From assembly GCA_023265395.1 (NCBI GenBank), contig JAHFTX010000001.1, positions 65,897 to 129,896 on the forward strand: 64,000 nucleotides of DNA, read 5' to 3'. A program made the position numbers and the translations under genes. This DNA comes from Thermoplasmata archaeon. Lineage in GTDB: Archaea; Thermoplasmatota; DTKX01; JAHFTX01. Under the pieces are notes generated by a model. It was not told where the DNA came from. It saw nothing but the letters and a program-made list of their open reading frames with translations, and ran no database searches. Each line of letters begins with the position of its first letter. Positions within the stretch are counted from its first letter, which is position 1. Of this stretch, positions 60,547 through 64,000 are shown in pieces.

Positions 60547-60948
60547 TCAAACCTCGCTCTCAAGAAGCTGGAACTGGCCCATCTGGTGGTCGAGGACGAC
60601 CCGAAAATGTCGCAGGAAACTCAACCCTAGGGCGACACAGATGCGTGATTCCTCTGGGGGCGAGGCACAGGCGACCGCGATGTCTGTCGCCTTTCGCCCG
60701 AGCACGGTGACTGTGGGGATTCGAACAATCGGTGCGTTGAGGGTACCGTTCTGGTGGACGATCAACGCATGCTTGTCGGGCTTGGCGGGGTTGAGTCCGA
60801 TTGATGCCACAATCTCTGGTGGGACCATGCAGTAGGTCGATCCAGTCGTGAGCACCGCGTGCACCACGATGGAACCCTTGGGGCCTGTCAACTCGACGGG
60901 AATCGGGATTGCCGGAGCGTCCTTGTTGAAGTAATAGTCCACACCCAT
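60547..60948 (-). CDS. Clan AA (retropepsin-like) aspartyl protease homologue, catalytic Asp replaced by Thr
   Basis: PVELTGPKG...AVLTTGSTYCMVP...LGLSFLRHF; the expected DTG reads TTG. Confidence 0.72.
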   Translation of the reverse strand: MGVDYYFNKDAPAIPIPVELTGPKGSIVVHAVLTTGSTYCMVPPEIVASIGLNPAKPDKHALIVHQNGTLNAPIVRIPTVTVLGRKATDIAVACASPPEESRICVALGLSFLRHFRVVLDHQMGQFQLLESEV

Positions 60949-60959
60949 GGGCTCTCCTC

Positions 60960-61187
60960 CTACACTGCCAACGTGACTCCCTTTGGGGGGATTTGCCCGG
61001 CGAAGACGAGCGCGGTCCGCCCACCGCTGCGTGGAAGTGCGCCCAGTGCCGCGCTGCGCTTCTGGTGGGTCGAAAGAAGTCGACCCACGGTGACCTCACC
61101 GCTCTCGTTAGTCTCGATGACCTCTAGGACCAACCACTGTTCAGGGTGCGCCTGGGCAAACTCCTGGACCTGCCCGATCTTCGCCAT
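60960..61187 (-). CDS. Small protein (DUF5678-like) paired with the retropepsin
   Basis: HPEQWLVLEV...GRLLSTH...; typical small partner gene upstream of prokaryotic clan AA proteases. Confidence 0.62.
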   Translation of the reverse strand: MAKIGQVQEFAQAHPEQWLVLEVIETNESGEVTVGRLLSTHQKRSAALGALPRSGGRTALVFAGQIPPKGVTLAV

Positions 61188-61223
61188 CGTACTCCTCGGG
61201 GACGGCCAAGGGTCACCTGGGTT

Positions 61224-62645
61224 TTATCCTTCCGGTCGGTCCGGGAGCGCCTCCGTGTCCGGCTCTCCTTCACCATGCAGTGGTTCTTGCTGGACCTTGG
61301 TGAGCCGCGCGGCCCAGAACCCGTTCATCGAGAACGCCCCCTCCCCGACAGCGAAGATGGGCCCGGAACCTCCGTCCCCCCCGTAGGCTCGGAGGAGGTC
61401 CACCGGGAAGAGGTCAGGTGGCGGTTGCAACCCCATGGTTGAATCAGTAGCAAGGAGGGCATCGACCACCTGTTCGTTCTCGGTGGCGTTGCGGGTGCAC
61501 GTGCAGTAGACCAGCGACCCACCCGGGGCAAGCGTGCGCGCGCCACGTTCCAAGAGTTCGACCTGCCGTTGGTGGAAGGCGGTGCCTGGGGGCGCTGCCA
61601 GGAGAACCTCTGGGTGACGGGCGATGACCCCCAGCCCCGTACAAGGGGCATCGACCAGCACGCGGTCGATGGTACCCTTGAGCCGCTTGACCTGCTTGCC
61701 GTTCTCGAGGATCCGATGGCAGCTGACCCCCGCCCGTGCCGCACGTTGGCGCAAGCGCATGCGCTGCTGATCATCCGGGCAGAACGCCAAGAGCGTCCCC
61801 CGGTTGCGCATGGCGGCGGCGATCGCCAGAGTCTTGCCCCCCGTCCCAGCACACAGGTCGAGGACCCGCTCTCCCGGCCGAGGATCGAGCAACGCCACCG
61901 CGAGTTGTGATGCGGCATCCTGCGGTTCGAACCACCCGGCCGCGAACTCTGGCAGCAGGTGCGCCGGCCCCCGTTCGAGGATGAGGGCGGTATCGCACCA
62001 TGGATGGGGGCGCGGGTGTGGTGACCATCCAGGGCCAACAGGGTCGCCCCCAACCTCCGCATCCGCCTCATCTGGGTCCTCCTCCTTTGGCGCCCGGGAA
62101 CCCAACGGTACGTGACCCCGTTTCTCGAGTTGCTGTAGCAACGTCGCGCGGTCTCCCTTGAGGAGGTTGACCCGAATCGTCAGCGGGGCCTCTGCGAAGC
62201 TGGCCTGGAGCCATTGGGCGGCGAGGGCTGGCACCGCGTGGACCTCAGGATCGCTGCGGAGCGCCTCGAGGGCCCATGGCGGGACCGAGAGTTGGAAGTG
62301 CTCTTGGTGGGAGGGGTTCGTCGGATGCAAGGAGTTCGCGTGCTGGAGCACGCGTAGGACGTCTTGTCGTAGCAGGATCTCATCACCGTGCGGTCCCTCC
62401 CCTTCCCGAATGAGCTGCAGCGCCAGCGCCAGGCGGCCCAGTGCCGGGGCATGCTCCGATGCACCGAGCAGCTTGGATGCGGCACGGTCGAGCTGCCACT
62501 GGATGGCCCACCAACGGCGGAGGGTGCGTCGCGCGAGCCGCAGGACTGTTACCCGATGCGCTCCGCTCCGCCGCTGTGCACCACCGACCAGGGCGACGGC
62601 CCGCTGCAGGGGCATCCCGGCACGGACGCGCTCGATGACTTCCAC
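61224..62645 (-). CDS. RsmB/NOP2/Sun-family RNA m5C methyltransferase
   Basis: IRVNLLK, PQDAASQL, VLDLCAGTGGKT, LVDAPCTG, YCTCT...ENE. Start uncertain (GTG 62645). Confidence 0.88.
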   Translation of the reverse strand: MEVIERVRAGMPLQRAVALVGGAQRRSGAHRVTVLRLARRTLRRWWAIQWQLDRAASKLLGASEHAPALGRLALALQLIREGEGPHGDEILLRQDVLRVLQHANSLHPTNPSHQEHFQLSVPPWALEALRSDPEVHAVPALAAQWLQASFAEAPLTIRVNLLKGDRATLLQQLEKRGHVPLGSRAPKEEDPDEADAEVGGDPVGPGWSPHPRPHPWCDTALILERGPAHLLPEFAAGWFEPQDAASQLAVALLDPRPGERVLDLCAGTGGKTLAIAAAMRNRGTLLAFCPDDQQRMRLRQRAARAGVSCHRILENGKQVKRLKGTIDRVLVDAPCTGLGVIARHPEVLLAAPPGTAFHQRQVELLERGARTLAPGGSLVYCTCTRNATENEQVVDALLATDSTMGLQPPPDLFPVDLLRAYGGDGGSGPIFAVGEGAFSMNGFWAARLTKVQQEPLHGEGEPDTEALPDRPEG

Positions 62646-62754
62646 CGTGTCAGAATAGACGGCTGCATGCGGGAGGCCACGCGGTTGGCGGAATCCCTTG
62701 GTTCGCCGTCGGTCGTTGGCTCCGCTCGGTCGTCTGCGCACCCCTGCCCCTCTC

Positions 62755-63522
62755 CTAGGTGGCATCGGCGTGCTCCTGTGGGGGAGGGACGGGCGCGACG
62801 CCTTTTCGTTGGCGGACCTTGTCGAACAGGACGATGGAGGCCGCGACAGTGGCATTGAGACTCTCGATCCCCTCGGACATCGGGATGGAGAGAATCGCAT
62901 GGCAGTGCTTGCGGATCGAGGGAGGGAGGCCCCGGGCTTCGCCACCGACGACCACGGCGACGCGCCCGGTCAGATCGAAGGAGGAGTAGGTCCGTTCCCC
63001 GTCGGGTGAGATGCCGACTACCCAGAACCCAGCCTTGTCCAGCGCCTTGAGGGTCGACGGGAGGTTGGAGACCACGGTGGGGGGCAACAGGGCTGTCGCG
63101 CCAGCTGCCGCCTTGTGGACTGCGGGGGTCAGCTCGGTCATCCCCTCACCTCCAAGGAGGATCCCGCGCGCCCCTGCACCGACGGCGCTGCGGATCGTGG
63201 CGCCAAGGTTCCGGGGGTCTTGGACCCCGACCAAGACCAGCAGCAGGGCTTCGGGGTCCTCGATCGCCAACAGTTCCTGGAGCGTGGGGGGAGGCTGTTC
63301 CTCGACACGAGCGAGGATTCCCTGATGTCGCAGGCCATCGACCATGCGGTCGAGCTTCGTGGCGTCGACCCGTGTCACGGCGACGCCCAGCGAGGTGGCA
63401 AGCCGCACCAGACCATCGATCCGACCCGATGTGGCCGAGCGTGCCACGAGCACCTCGGCGACGCCTCCCCGCCGCAGCATCGCATGCACGGGCCCGGCCC
63501 CGCAGACCACCGTCAACGCCAC
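62755..63522 (-). CDS. rlmB: SPOUT 2'-O-methyltransferase, RlmB/TrmH family
   Basis: HQGI, QDPRNLGATIRSA, GGEARG, IPM...ESLNATVA. Confidence 0.85.
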   Translation of the reverse strand: MALTVVCGAGPVHAMLRRGGVAEVLVARSATSGRIDGLVRLATSLGVAVTRVDATKLDRMVDGLRHQGILARVEEQPPPTLQELLAIEDPEALLLVLVGVQDPRNLGATIRSAVGAGARGILLGGEGMTELTPAVHKAAAGATALLPPTVVSNLPSTLKALDKAGFWVVGISPDGERTYSSFDLTGRVAVVVGGEARGLPPSIRKHCHAILSIPMSEGIESLNATVAASIVLFDKVRQRKGVAPVPPPQEHADAT

Positions 63523-63531
63523 GATGGTCCA

Positions 63532-63999
63532 TCACACCGGAGGTCTTGACCCTTGGGGCAGTGACCCTGTGGGGCCTTCCATCAATGGTCCCAGCACGCC
63601 CACGAGGTCGCGGGCGGCTTCATTGCTGGGATTGAGGGCAAGGGCACGTCGCAGGGCGTCCAACGCCTCCGCACGTCGCCCCAGTCCCAAGAAAGCGTTC
63701 GCGGTCGCAACGAGGACGAGGTCATCGGCAGGCGCATGTTTCGACAATCGCTCAAGGTAGCCAAGGGCCGAAGTGAAGTCCTCCGCCTGCAGATGCAGCT
63801 GGGCGAGGTGGTCGAGGGCGAGTCGGTCGCCCGGGTCCTCGACGAGCGCCTGTTGGAGCAGGGTGGTCCCTTCCGCGGTGCGACCCGCCGCCAGCAAGGA
63901 GAGCCCGCCGCGCACGAGGCTGCGGAGGCGATGCTCAGGATGGAGCGCTGCACGGGAGAACGAGTCGGCCGCGGCATCGTGGTCCCCGGTACTCTCGAG
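63532..63999 (-). CDS. TPR-repeat protein, 5' end beyond the window
   Basis: Frame is open to the window edge; TPR-like 'EALDALRRALALNPSNEAA'. Confidence 0.7.
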   Translation of the reverse strand, partial: LESTGDHDAAADSFSRAALHPEHRLRSLVRGGLSLLAAGRTAEGTTLLQQALVEDPGDRLALDHLAQLHLQAEDFTSALGYLERLSKHAPADDLVLVATANAFLGLGRRAEALDALRRALALNPSNEAARDLVGVLGPLMEGPTGSLPQGSRPPV

Positions 64000-64000
64000 C

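Overview
GC-rich archaeal chromosomal segment, most likely Thermoplasmatota: RpoB is unsplit with an N-terminus '[29 protein letters not shown]', aIF-2beta carries a TRAM domain, and there are large CARDB/PKD surface proteins. Housekeeping content: the rpoH-rpoB-rpoA1-rpoA2-L30e-nusA operon, the L44e-S27e-aIF2alpha-Nop10-PAC2 operon, a GPN GTPase, SRP54, TatA/TatC, GlyRS, MCM, RNase HII and RNA methyltransferases. The main finding is a compact, overlapping three-gene operon at about 17.3-18.7 kb, directly upstream of the L44e/aIF2alpha/PAC2 operon. It encodes a ubiquitin-like protein (C-terminal GG masked by a 4-aa tail), an E2 conjugating enzyme (HPN...C) and an intact JAMM/MPN+ protease, with no E1 or E3 visible in the window. 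Other notable items: a tRNA-Lys(UUU) with two introns, a 4-hydroxybenzoyl-CoA-reductase-like molybdoenzyme cluster, a bacterial-type PEP carboxylase, a CDIN1/C15orf41-like nuclease, a catalytically dead M1-peptidase surface protein, a 1,789-aa transmembrane protein with possible longin/adaptin-ear-like cytoplasmic domains, a pair of small paralogues flanking a RIO-like kinase, and a retropepsin-like protein lacking its catalytic Asp. All calls come from motif recognition by eye. No database searches were run.
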